Assembly: GCA_033763455.1 (NCBI GenBank)
Contig: JANRKO010000091.1
Coordinates: forward strand, 1 to 29,653
DNA: 29,653 bases
Origin: Polyangiaceae bacterium
Lineage (GTDB): Bacteria > Myxococcota_A > Polyangia > Polyangiales > Polyangiaceae
Reading direction: 5' to 3'
Shown in pieces: positions 17,660-26,543 of this stretch (position 1 is its first letter; each line of letters starts with the position of its first letter). A program made the position numbers and the translations under genes. The notes under the pieces were generated by a model. It was not told the DNA's origin. It made no database searches and worked only from the letters and a program-made list of their open reading frames with translations.

Positions 17660-17948
17660 TGCAGGGTAGTGTTCGTCCTACTCTCTGCCGTGAACTTGAA
17701 TACACGATTCAGCCGGGGCGGACGCAAGCCCGGCTCGCCTCCACCGGGGTAAGGTTCAGCCAGAAATGGTGTACCTTTTTCACAGCAGGGTTCCGCGAGC
17801 GCCTCCGAACCATCAGCAACCTTACTGTAAGATTCCGGGGTCGACTCTCGACCGGCGTGAGGTCAGCCTTTCGTTCATTTTTTCTGGACCTCTTTTGTGT
17901 GCCCGCACCACTATCGCACCGGCCGCCACTCGCGGAGATCTTGGCGTG

Positions 17949-20090
17949 ATGCAGAATTTTCGGAATCTCTGGTTTCAGGCCGAGCTCCGACCTCGAGCAG
18001 CACGGGTCTTTGCACTCTGTATTCTCCTTTTGTTGGGCTCTTTCCACGCTTGCACTGCCAAGGAGAACCGTTCTGGCCCGGGTGCGAGCGGAGGGGGAAC
18101 AGTCGGAAGTGCGAGCGGAGGAAATGCGTCTGACGGGGGTGACGCGAACCGAGACCCAGCTGGAACGTCGAGCGTTGGTGGAACGTCGAGCGTTGGCGGC
18201 GGGAATGCGCTCGGGGGTGTAGTCGGTGGAGGCGGGGTGCCCAGCGACATCGCTGGAGCCGCGGGCAGCTCGGCTGGGAATATGGGCGGAGCCCCCGGAA
18301 ATCCCTTGCCGCCAGTTGAGACGATCTTCCACATGCCGCCCGATGCGAAAGTAATGAACGTCAAGGCTGCCCCCTTCGGCGCCAAGGGCGACGGCAAGAC
18401 GGACGACACAGTGGCGATTCAAGCGGCGATTAAAGCTGCCATTGAGGTCGATCGCTACTCGGCGATCCCGTTCGTGTATTTGCCGGAGGGCACCTACCTG
18501 GTCACTGCGCCGCTCACCAGTCGCATTTTCGCGAGTGGGTTCAGCGATGGTTGGCGTGCCGGCATGATCCTTCTTGGTGAGAACCGGGAGCGCACCATCA
18601 TTCAGTTGGCGGATAACGCGCCTGGTTACGCAGATCCAGCGCTAACTCGGGCAGTGATTGTTACGGGCTCCGAAGGCAGAGCCACCAACACGACGGGCGG
18701 CGGGAATCAAGCATTTCGGCATTCTATCATCAACCTCACGGTAGACGTTGGTGCTGGCAATCCCGGTGCTACCGGGATCGACTACGTTGCCAGCAACCGA
18801 GGCACGATTGAGAACGTCACGATTCGGGCCCCCGCGGGCTCGGGCTATTGTGGGCTCCGCCTAGAACGAGACTGGCCTGGCCCAGCGCTCGTCAAACGCG
18901 TCTTGATTGACGGATTCGCCTACGGCATCCGCACCGATCACTGGCAGTACAGCATGACGTTCGAGGATTTAACCCTGCGCCGCCAGACCACGCTCGGCAT
19001 CCGCAACAAGCAAAATGTGCTCAATTTTCGTCGCCTCGTGAGCGAAAATAGCGTGCCGGTGTTGGACGCGATTCACGACGGTGCGGTCATCACCCTTCTG
19101 GACAGCACGTTCACGGGTGGCGCAGCAGACGGCGCTGCCATCAAATCTCTGGCGCGTCTCTTTATCCGCGATCTCACCTCCACAGGTTACGGAACTGTTG
19201 TCGACGACTTGCGCACGTTGAACCAGGATGTCCCGGGTGCCCCCAGCCCTACGCACGTAGCCGAATATGTCACGGACAAGCCACTCGTGTTCGGCCAAGG
19301 TGCGGCGACATCAATGCGCCTCCCGGTAGAGGAAACGCCTGAGGTGAATGAGCCCGATCTCACGCAATGGGTCAGCGGAGCCACGGGGATTCAAGCAGCC
19401 ATCGATTCCGGGAAGCCTATAGTTTACCTGCCTCAGGGCACTTACTCGTTAACAGCTCCGCTCATTGTGCGCGGATCCGTGCGCAAGATCATTGGGATGA
19501 ATGCGGGGTTGAAGGCCATGAGCGGCACCACCGTGGATCCCCTGATCCGTTTCGAAGATGGCAGCGCGCCTGAGGTGGTGATCGAGCACATGCGGATTGA
19601 CGGAGTCATTGAGCACGCTTCGACGAGAGCGTTAGCGGTCCGCCACGCTGATATCGGAGGATACCGCACGGGGACTGCCGGAAAAACGTTCATCGAAGAC
19701 GTTATTGGCAAAGGCTACAATATTGGAAAAGGCCACACCCTGTGGGCACGGCAGCTCAACGCGGAATTCGGCACTGAACCCTTGATCGTGAACGCGGGAA
19801 CCCTGTGGATCTTTGGCTACAAAACCGAAGAGCAGATGAGCGTCATCGTGAACAACGGGGGCAATGTTGAAGTCTTAGGGGCGCTTTTCTATGCGCTCAA
19901 GCCTGGCACACCCGAGGTTCCCTTGTTGGTGAATGATCGCGGAAAGATATCCGTCACCTACGCCATCAACGGCAGCGTCTATCCAATTCATTTGCGTCAA
20001 CGCCAAGGTGACGTCTGGACCGAGTTGGCCACCAACCAGGTGCCCTTCCGCGGGCCGGCGCTGCTCGTCGGTGACGCGACCGCGCCTTGA
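17949..20090 (+). CDS. Pectate_lyase_3/GH55-like beta-helix glycoside hydrolase lipoprotein
   Basis: NVKAAPFGAKGDGKTDDTVAIQAAI...YLPEGTY, with a second copy GIQAAIDSG...YLPQGTY. Lipobox-like FHAC and a Gly-rich linker. Likely start ATG 17949. Confidence 0.85.
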   Translation: MQNFRNLWFQAELRPRAARVFALCILLLLGSFHACTAKENRSGPGASGGGTVGSASGGNASDGGDANRDPAGTSSVGGTSSVGGGNALGGVVGGGGVPSDIAGAAGSSAGNMGGAPGNPLPPVETIFHMPPDAKVMNVKAAPFGAKGDGKTDDTVAIQAAIKAAIEVDRYSAIPFVYLPEGTYLVTAPLTSRIFASGFSDGWRAGMILLGENRERTIIQLADNAPGYADPALTRAVIVTGSEGRATNTTGGGNQAFRHSIINLTVDVGAGNPGATGIDYVASNRGTIENVTIRAPAGSGYCGLRLERDWPGPALVKRVLIDGFAYGIRTDHWQYSMTFEDLTLRRQTTLGIRNKQNVLNFRRLVSENSVPVLDAIHDGAVITLLDSTFTGGAADGAAIKSLARLFIRDLTSTGYGTVVDDLRTLNQDVPGAPSPTHVAEYVTDKPLVFGQGAATSMRLPVEETPEVNEPDLTQWVSGATGIQAAIDSGKPIVYLPQGTYSLTAPLIVRGSVRKIIGMNAGLKAMSGTTVDPLIRFEDGSAPEVVIEHMRIDGVIEHASTRALAVRHADIGGYRTGTAGKTFIEDVIGKGYNIGKGHTLWARQLNAEFGTEPLIVNAGTLWIFGYKTEEQMSVIVNNGGNVEVLGALFYALKPGTPEVPLLVNDRGKISVTYAINGSVYPIHLRQRQGDVWTELATNQVPFRGPALLVGDATAP
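18161..18196. repeat. 18-bp perfect tandem duplication in a linker (GTSSVG x2)
   Basis: TGGAACGTCGAGCGTTGG x2. Confidence 0.9.
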
Positions 20091-20107
20091 AGCTGGGAGC
20101 CCCGGCT
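20091..20107. terminator. Short hairpin between convergent glycoside hydrolase genes
   Basis: AGCTGGG-AGC-CCCGGCT immediately after the stop codon; no U-tract. Confidence 0.3.
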
Positions 20108-20144
20108 AACGCTCAAGCTGCGGCCCAAATGACGCGGAGGACGC

Positions 20145-21587
20145 CTAGTGACACGCTGCGGCTGCGGCCGCAGGTCCGTAGACCCTAAACTGGCCACTGG
20201 CGTGCAACATTGCGAGGGCATACAGCATGCCGTCGTAGTATCGATACTGCCCCGAGGGCGGCTCCAGGGACCAGAGCGCATCAATGAACGCATCCGCCTC
20301 GCCCTGCGGCAACGCCAACGCACCGAGGGCATTCATGGCTACTAATCCTGGACTGTGATCGCCCGACAGCTTGTTGCCGTCGAGTGCGTATTGGTTTCCG
20401 TACGAAGCAACGCCCTCTTTTTCAAAAAATGCCAACAAGCGTCTCGCGAGCGCTGCCGCCTCTGTGTTCTTTCCCCACCACGCGGCATCAACCGCTAAGT
20501 TGCCAATCACGCGCCATGCGTCGAACCGAAATTCCATGTGGCCCGCGCCGGTAGGCTGGCCATCAAACAAGGCGTAATCAGGTGCTAGCCCCGTCGTAGG
20601 GTGCATGGTCTTGCCGAAAAACGCACGGCTCGTAGTGGCCGCCTCGGCCCAGAACGCGGCATCCTCCACCGAGGGTGCGGATTTCGCCCACACCTCATAA
20701 AACGCGGGCAGATGATACGAAGGATCGGTGAACAGGGCTGCGCTAGCATACGGCGTGAACACCACCATCTTCTCGGTTTTGTTGAACATGTTCATCACGC
20801 TCTCCACCACCCCACCATCCTCCTTATGGAGCATCGTGGTGAGGATATCGCGAGCTGCGGCAGCGTAGTCGACGCCCGTCGAAGAACCCCAGCGCGCGTC
20901 CGCGAACAAGAGCGCTGTCGCAAAATACGCTTCACCATCTGAAGCGGGATTGGGATCGCGCTTCTGCCCATCTTTTCCGCACTGCCACGCAAAGTAGCCC
21001 TTGCGGGGACCTGTCGTGTGCAACATGTGCCGCGAAGCCCAATTCCAAAGACGATCGAAGGCAACTCGCTGATCAAGTTGGAGCGCAATCATCATTCCGT
21101 ACGAAACACCCTCGCTCCGCACGTCGTCATTCGCTACATCCAGGATATAAGCTTCGTCTTGACCCACTTCGTAGTAGACGCGCTGCTGGTCAGTGCCCGC
21201 GAACAAGCTGTCCCACGTTTTTGTTAACTTGGAGGCAATCTCGGCGCTGGTGTGTCCCCGCTCCAAAAACAGATTGCGGCAGGTACTTGCAGCCGAGTTT
21301 CCACTTCCACCTGTGGCCGCGGGGCTGCCACCGGCGCTGGAGTTGCCGCCAAGGCTAGCGTCTGGAGGTGTGCCCCCACTGCCGACACCAACCTTTCCTC
21401 CGGTACCGACGCTGCCACCTACGCCCAAGCTTCCGTTCACGCCGCCGGCCGGCCCAGCTCCCCCGCTGTTGCCCGAGTCGTTGTGGAGGCCCCCGCAATT
21501 TTCCGCTGGCGACCCACCGCCGTTAGAGGAGGCATTGGAGCAGCCAGCGAATATCAACAAAACTGAAAGACGAAGAAGGGAGTGCAC
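20145..21587 (-). CDS. GH8 glycoside hydrolase (Rex/xylanase-like) lipoprotein
   Basis: DVRSEGVSYGMM, GYFAW, PASDGEAYF, TDPSYHLPAFYEVW, FDAWRV and YRYYDGMLY motifs; lipobox FAGC. Confidence 0.92.
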   Translation of the reverse strand: MHSLLRLSVLLIFAGCSNASSNGGGSPAENCGGLHNDSGNSGGAGPAGGVNGSLGVGGSVGTGGKVGVGSGGTPPDASLGGNSSAGGSPAATGGSGNSAASTCRNLFLERGHTSAEIASKLTKTWDSLFAGTDQQRVYYEVGQDEAYILDVANDDVRSEGVSYGMMIALQLDQRVAFDRLWNWASRHMLHTTGPRKGYFAWQCGKDGQKRDPNPASDGEAYFATALLFADARWGSSTGVDYAAAARDILTTMLHKEDGGVVESVMNMFNKTEKMVVFTPYASAALFTDPSYHLPAFYEVWAKSAPSVEDAAFWAEAATTSRAFFGKTMHPTTGLAPDYALFDGQPTGAGHMEFRFDAWRVIGNLAVDAAWWGKNTEAAALARRLLAFFEKEGVASYGNQYALDGNKLSGDHSPGLVAMNALGALALPQGEADAFIDALWSLEPPSGQYRYYDGMLYALAMLHASGQFRVYGPAAAAAACH

Positions 21588-21924
21588 CGCGCTTCGCTAA
21601 CACGCTCGCGCGCCCCGGAGGATAGGAATATGCCCAAAAGATATTCGATTCGGATCACTGGCGTTCAGACATTCCAGATACAGGCGAAGGTTCCGATTGG
21701 ACGGTCGCACAACTTTTGGATCTCTGGCAGAAGCGTGGCGTGCGCATTACTCGCGGAAGGATTGTTTTCGACGACACTGCGCCGCTCGCGTCGATTCGAT
21801 GTGCGTTGCTCCAGTAAAATTCGTGGGTACCCGCGGCCGTCGCAACCTGGGCTTGGATGACCCCAGCTGAAACGTAGCTTCTGAGCCCAGCGCAGCAAGA
21901 CAATCGCCACGCTAACCGTGTACC

Positions 21925-23376
21925 ATGCACATTATGAGCGCGGGCAAGAAGTCAGGTATCGAGGCACCGCCTGAGTCCCCCATTGCGTTTCGCGCTTGTT
22001 CGAACGGGGAGTTCTGCCCGAAGCCGGAAACGGCACTGGATCGCACCGCGCGGCAGGCGTTCTTCAGCCAAGTCGAAGCACGTCATCGCCGGTTGGGGTT
22101 AAGCCGTCGCCAATTCGCGGAGAGTGCTTGCGGAGTCATGGCTGCGCTTTTCGTCATCAATCAGGTGTATGGCTGCGGCAACGCGCGGCGTGGATCAGGT
22201 GGCGCGCAGGCACATGCCGGGAGCGCAGGGTACGGCGTCGATCCGACCATGATGGAGGATCTGGATCTCGCGTGTGAGGCGCTCACGGGACCGGACTTCG
22301 TGATGGACGTGCAGGTGCATCCTGCAACCCCGCTGAACCCGTGGCGCAATGCGCCCTTGCCCAGCACCGCCGAGGATTTCATTCGCACCCTCTTCGTTGA
22401 TAGCGATACCACGGTGGCCTGTCTCTCGGGAGTGCCTGGCGCGCGCGACCTCGGTAGAGACAATGTGGAGGCTAGCGACTACCTCCAGGAGCTTACGGAT
22501 AAACTGGGCAAGCGGCGCCTCATCTATCATGCCAACATCGATCCAACGCGAGGCGCGTCCGAGCTTGCCTACATGCAGGAACTCGCTGGCACATACGACC
22601 TTTCGGCTTGGAAGGTTTACCCGCACGTTGGGCCCTGGCGCCTGGATGATCCGCTGGTTGGATTGCCTTTCCTGGAGCAAGCGCGGCAGCTCAACGTTAA
22701 GCTCATCGCAGCGCACCGAGGGATCGCCGCTGACTCCGGGCTCTTCGATGCTCCCTCATCGCCTGTAGATCTGACGCGTGCCGCAGCTCAAATGCCGGAC
22801 GTCAAATTCCTTGTGTACCACTCGGGCTGGCAGAGCAACATCGACGAAAATCATGCATTTGACCCACAAAACACCAATCCTGGCGGCGTGGATCGCCTCA
22901 TCAAAGGCGTCTTAGACGCGGGCATTGGCTCAACCGGAAACGTATATGCGGAGCTTGGCTCCACCTGGCGCAATTTGATGACGAGCCCGAATGAGGCCGC
23001 ACACGTGTTAGGGAAGCTGCTCAAACACCTGGGCGAAGATCGAATTATTTGGGGCACAGATTCCGTGTTCACAGGTTCACCTCAGGAACAAATCCAGGCA
23101 TTTCGCTTGTTCGAGATCCCGATTCCATTCCAAGAGCTCTACGGCTACCCAGCGCTAACTTCGGCAGTGAAAGCAAAGATCCTTGGCCTAAACGGAGCGG
23201 CGCTTTACGGAATTGATCCTGAAGCAATGCGATGCGCTATCAAGAATGACTTCGTCGAACGCTTAAAGCTAGCTCGGAGGGAGGATCCCGAAAGCGTGCC
23301 AGTGCCGGGAGAAAAACGCTACGGCCCGAAGGATCCAGAAGAATATCGGCGTTTCCTTCGCTGGGAACGCGGCTGA
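21925..23376 (+). CDS. Amidohydrolase_2-family metal-dependent hydrolase
   Basis: DVQVH, WKVYP, AHRG, VYHSG, NVYAELGSTW and IIWGTDS motifs. Confidence 0.9.
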   Translation: MHIMSAGKKSGIEAPPESPIAFRACSNGEFCPKPETALDRTARQAFFSQVEARHRRLGLSRRQFAESACGVMAALFVINQVYGCGNARRGSGGAQAHAGSAGYGVDPTMMEDLDLACEALTGPDFVMDVQVHPATPLNPWRNAPLPSTAEDFIRTLFVDSDTTVACLSGVPGARDLGRDNVEASDYLQELTDKLGKRRLIYHANIDPTRGASELAYMQELAGTYDLSAWKVYPHVGPWRLDDPLVGLPFLEQARQLNVKLIAAHRGIAADSGLFDAPSSPVDLTRAAAQMPDVKFLVYHSGWQSNIDENHAFDPQNTNPGGVDRLIKGVLDAGIGSTGNVYAELGSTWRNLMTSPNEAAHVLGKLLKHLGEDRIIWGTDSVFTGSPQEQIQAFRLFEIPIPFQELYGYPALTSAVKAKILGLNGAALYGIDPEAMRCAIKNDFVERLKLARREDPESVPVPGEKRYGPKDPEEYRRFLRWERG

Positions 23377-23396
23377 CAGCGGCACAACCGTTGCAC

Positions 23397-24281
23397 TCAC
23401 CCCTCCCCAGCCACGCGCCAAACCACCGGCTGCTCCCGCAACCACGTGCGTTGGCGACGAGCAAAAATCCGCGTTGCCTGGACCAGCTTGCTAACAAGCT
23501 CGACTTCGTTCAGTTCAACCCCGAAGGCCAAAGCTTCCTTGATCTGCCGATAGCCCACAGCATTCATGGCGCGGCATTCGGTGTAACCTGCAGCAAGGAG
23601 TGCCTTTACTTCGTCTACCCAACCGCGAGCCAGCATGGTTTCGGTTCGAGCTAAGATCCGTGCGTCGAGCTCTTCGCGCGACCGCTCCACGCCAAGAAGC
23701 TGGGCCTCGTAGCGGGTAGTTTTGAACTGATGTTGCTCCTGCCAAGCGCTCATGGAAATTCCGGTGAGTTGATAGACTTCGAGTGCGCGGCTGACGCGAA
23801 GCACATCATTCGGATTGAGCCGCGCTGCAGCAACTGGATCCACCTTCGCAAGCTCCGCGTGCAAGCTTTGGGCTCCCTCCGCGAGAACTTGTGCTCGATG
23901 ACCCTCACGCAGCGCTTCGTCCCCGCCGGGCATTGGCGAAAGCCCCCAAATCAGGGCTTTTACCCAGAGAAATGTGCCCCCACACACAATGGGGACTCGA
24001 CCGCGACTCCGGATCTCCAGGATGGCTGCGTCCGCCAAACCCGCCCAACGCGCAGCATCCATAGGCTCACCGGGCTCCACAATATCAATCAAATGGTGTG
24101 GAACTCGTTGCCGCTCTTCTGCTGTGGGCTTCGCGGCACCGATGTCAAAGTGGCGATACACCTGCACGCTATCGGCGCTGATGATCTCGCCTCCCTGCTC
24201 TTCGGCCAGGCGCAGCGCAAGGTCGCTCTTGCCAGAGGCAGTTGGGCCAACCACGACTATGAGCTTGCTATTCACGGCCAC
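23397..24281 (-). CDS. miaA: tRNA dimethylallyltransferase
   Basis: GPTASGKS, IISADSVQVY, VPHHLID, GGTFLW and ARRQRTW motifs. Confidence 0.97.
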   Translation of the reverse strand: MAVNSKLIVVVGPTASGKSDLALRLAEEQGGEIISADSVQVYRHFDIGAAKPTAEERQRVPHHLIDIVEPGEPMDAARWAGLADAAILEIRSRGRVPIVCGGTFLWVKALIWGLSPMPGGDEALREGHRAQVLAEGAQSLHAELAKVDPVAAARLNPNDVLRVSRALEVYQLTGISMSAWQEQHQFKTTRYEAQLLGVERSREELDARILARTETMLARGWVDEVKALLAAGYTECRAMNAVGYRQIKEALAFGVELNEVELVSKLVQATRIFARRQRTWLREQPVVWRVAGEG

Positions 24282-26219
24282 TCAGCGCCGCCCCACCTTG
24301 CGCTCCAACTCGTTCCAACCAAGCGTTGTTAAAACTGGACGCCCGTGCGGACAGTGTCCGGCAAAATCCGCCCCGTCTAAGGCCTTGAGCAGCGCCCTCG
24401 CTTCCTGTTCATTCACGGCGTCGCCCGCACGTAAAGAGCCATGGCAAGCCATGGTGGCCAGCGCCAGATCTACCGCATTGGAAAACTCACGGCCCGAAGT
24501 GCGGGAAAGCTCGGCCAAAAGATCGCGAAGCAAACGTTCTGGGCTAGCTCGTTCGAGCAACCTTGGGATCGCATGCACCGCGAGCAAGCGCTCCCCGATG
24601 GGCTTCACGTCGAACCCCACCTCAGCAATCTGAGACTCGAACTTCGAGACGAGATCTACCTCGGTCGAGCTCACCTCCACCGAGATGGGAAAGAGAAGCG
24701 CCTGCGAGGCCACGGTTCGAGCCTGAAAGCTGTGGCGAAGGCGGGTAAAGGTAACGCGTTCAGCGGCTGCGTGTTGATCGAGCACGTAGAGAGCGTCTGG
24801 TCCCTCGCACAAGAGATAGGTTTTCCTAAGCTGCGCAATGAAGCGCAAGCTGGACCATTTGAGTTCGTTCGCCGGCACGATGGCGTTGGGCGCCGAATCT
24901 CTTACAGCGAGGAGCATCGCAGCGCCCCGCGGGGCGGATGCCAAAGGGCCGCCTTCCTGAGTGCGTACTTCCGAATCAACCGGTGTCGAGTCCGTGCGCT
25001 CCGCACGAGCACCCTCGGCGCGAAGATAGCCTGATCCCAACCAGCTTCCGTGCGCTGGTGCTGCGTCGGTGCGGGGCGGCGCTTCACTGTGCGTATCCAG
25101 CGGGATGCCTGGAGGCTGCTCGCCGTCGCGACGCTGCAAAGAGGGAGCACCTGTCGCCACAAGTGCCGGCGCGTTCGTGGCAGCTGGTGCCGATGGACGA
25201 CGGCTAGAAACCCAACCCCGACTTTCCGTGGTGATACCAAAAGCCCGACCGAGGGCGCTCGAAAGAATGTGGTAGAGAGCGTCGGTGAGAGCTCGCGGGT
25301 CAGCGAAACGCACCTCTAGCTTCTGCGGATGTACATTCACATCTACTAGCCGCGGGTTAAGTTCAAGATAGACAACGCCGCGCGGGTAACGGCCTCTTTC
25401 CAGCACACTGCCGTAAGCTTGCGCTACCGTTACCGAAAGCGCGCGATCTCGAATCATGCGACCATTTAAGATCAGTCGCAGGCCTTGGGCCCCAGACCGA
25501 GCCTCTTCAGGTGGGCTCAAAAACGCTTCGACGTGGAGGGGCCCGCGTTCACCATCACAACGCGCAAGGCCTCGAATATCGAGCACCTGCTCGACACGCT
25601 CTTTTCGAGTTGTCACCCGCAGCCACTCACGCACTTTTCGCTCATCGCGATAGAAGACGAACGTGATACCTGGATGGGCGAGCGCCAGACCCTCCAAAAC
25701 CTCGGAAACGTGTCCCGCTTCTGTACCGGAGGCTCGCAAGAATTTTCTCCGTGCGGGCACGTTAAAGAACAGCTCCCGCACCTCAATCGTAGTTCCCACG
25801 GGGCAGCCCACCGGCTTCACTTGAACTGGCTCGGTGCCTTCGATTCGCACCTCGGTGCCCACATCCGAATTCCGCGCGCGCGTGACTAACTTAAAGCGAC
25901 TCACCGAAGCAATGCTCGGCAATGCTTCGCCCCGGAAGCCAAAGCTTGAAAGCTCGTTCAGATCTTCGATGCTCTTCAGTTTGCTGGTGGCGTGCCGCTC
26001 GGTGCAGAGGCGTGCATCGGCTTCGTCCATGCCCGAGCCATCATCTTGCACGCGCAGCAACGTGATGCCGCCGGCCACAATGCTGACCTCACACCGAGTG
26101 GCGCCCGCATCGATCGAATTTTCGACCAATTCTTTGATGGCACTCGCAGGCCGTTCCACCACCTCGCCGGCCGCGATTTGGCTAGCCAACGCTGTCGATA
26201 GCACCTGGATCTTTGCCAC
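24282..26219 (-). CDS. mutL: DNA mismatch repair protein MutL
   Basis: IAAGEVVERPAS, ELVENSIDAGA, GFRGEALPSI, DVNVHPQK, DQHAAAER and CPHGRP motifs. Confidence 0.98.
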   Translation of the reverse strand: MAKIQVLSTALASQIAAGEVVERPASAIKELVENSIDAGATRCEVSIVAGGITLLRVQDDGSGMDEADARLCTERHATSKLKSIEDLNELSSFGFRGEALPSIASVSRFKLVTRARNSDVGTEVRIEGTEPVQVKPVGCPVGTTIEVRELFFNVPARRKFLRASGTEAGHVSEVLEGLALAHPGITFVFYRDERKVREWLRVTTRKERVEQVLDIRGLARCDGERGPLHVEAFLSPPEEARSGAQGLRLILNGRMIRDRALSVTVAQAYGSVLERGRYPRGVVYLELNPRLVDVNVHPQKLEVRFADPRALTDALYHILSSALGRAFGITTESRGWVSSRRPSAPAATNAPALVATGAPSLQRRDGEQPPGIPLDTHSEAPPRTDAAPAHGSWLGSGYLRAEGARAERTDSTPVDSEVRTQEGGPLASAPRGAAMLLAVRDSAPNAIVPANELKWSSLRFIAQLRKTYLLCEGPDALYVLDQHAAAERVTFTRLRHSFQARTVASQALLFPISVEVSSTEVDLVSKFESQIAEVGFDVKPIGERLLAVHAIPRLLERASPERLLRDLLAELSRTSGREFSNAVDLALATMACHGSLRAGDAVNEQEARALLKALDGADFAGHCPHGRPVLTTLGWNELERKVGRR

Positions 26220-26543
26220 GACAGGAGACTAGCCCCGCCCGTGCAGAGCACGAAAGGCGTGCGCCTGAGCTGGGTCCCTTTCGGTCACCCCAGGGTACTT
26301 CGCATGCTAAGTATCTCTCAGTTCGCGGAAAGGGACCTCGGCGGTTGCAACGCGATTTGCTACGGAGGGCTCCAGGCTGGATATGCTCCCCCCGGGGCTG
26401 GGGAACCCAGCACTTTGGGGGGAGACGCGCCGCGAGAGCGGCGCGGAGGGGGGCAACTTGCCGGCGATTCGCACGTACGGATTTGGTGTCCCGCGCGACC
26501 ACGGTAATTCTCGGATGAGGCGTGGGGTGTTCTACTCGGGCGA

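Noticed and set aside
17705..17765. GGACGCAAGCC resembles a c-di-GMP-I riboswitch
   Set aside because: The P1 stem with GAAA tetraloop and the downstream receptor helix are missing.
17711..20107. Similar AGCYGGG...CCCGGCT hairpins on both sides of the GH55-like gene
   Set aside because: 7-bp GC-rich arms with different loops; compatible with chance.
26347..26362. Sigma54-like promoter TGCAACGCGATTTGCT
   Set aside because: The invariant -24 GG is absent.
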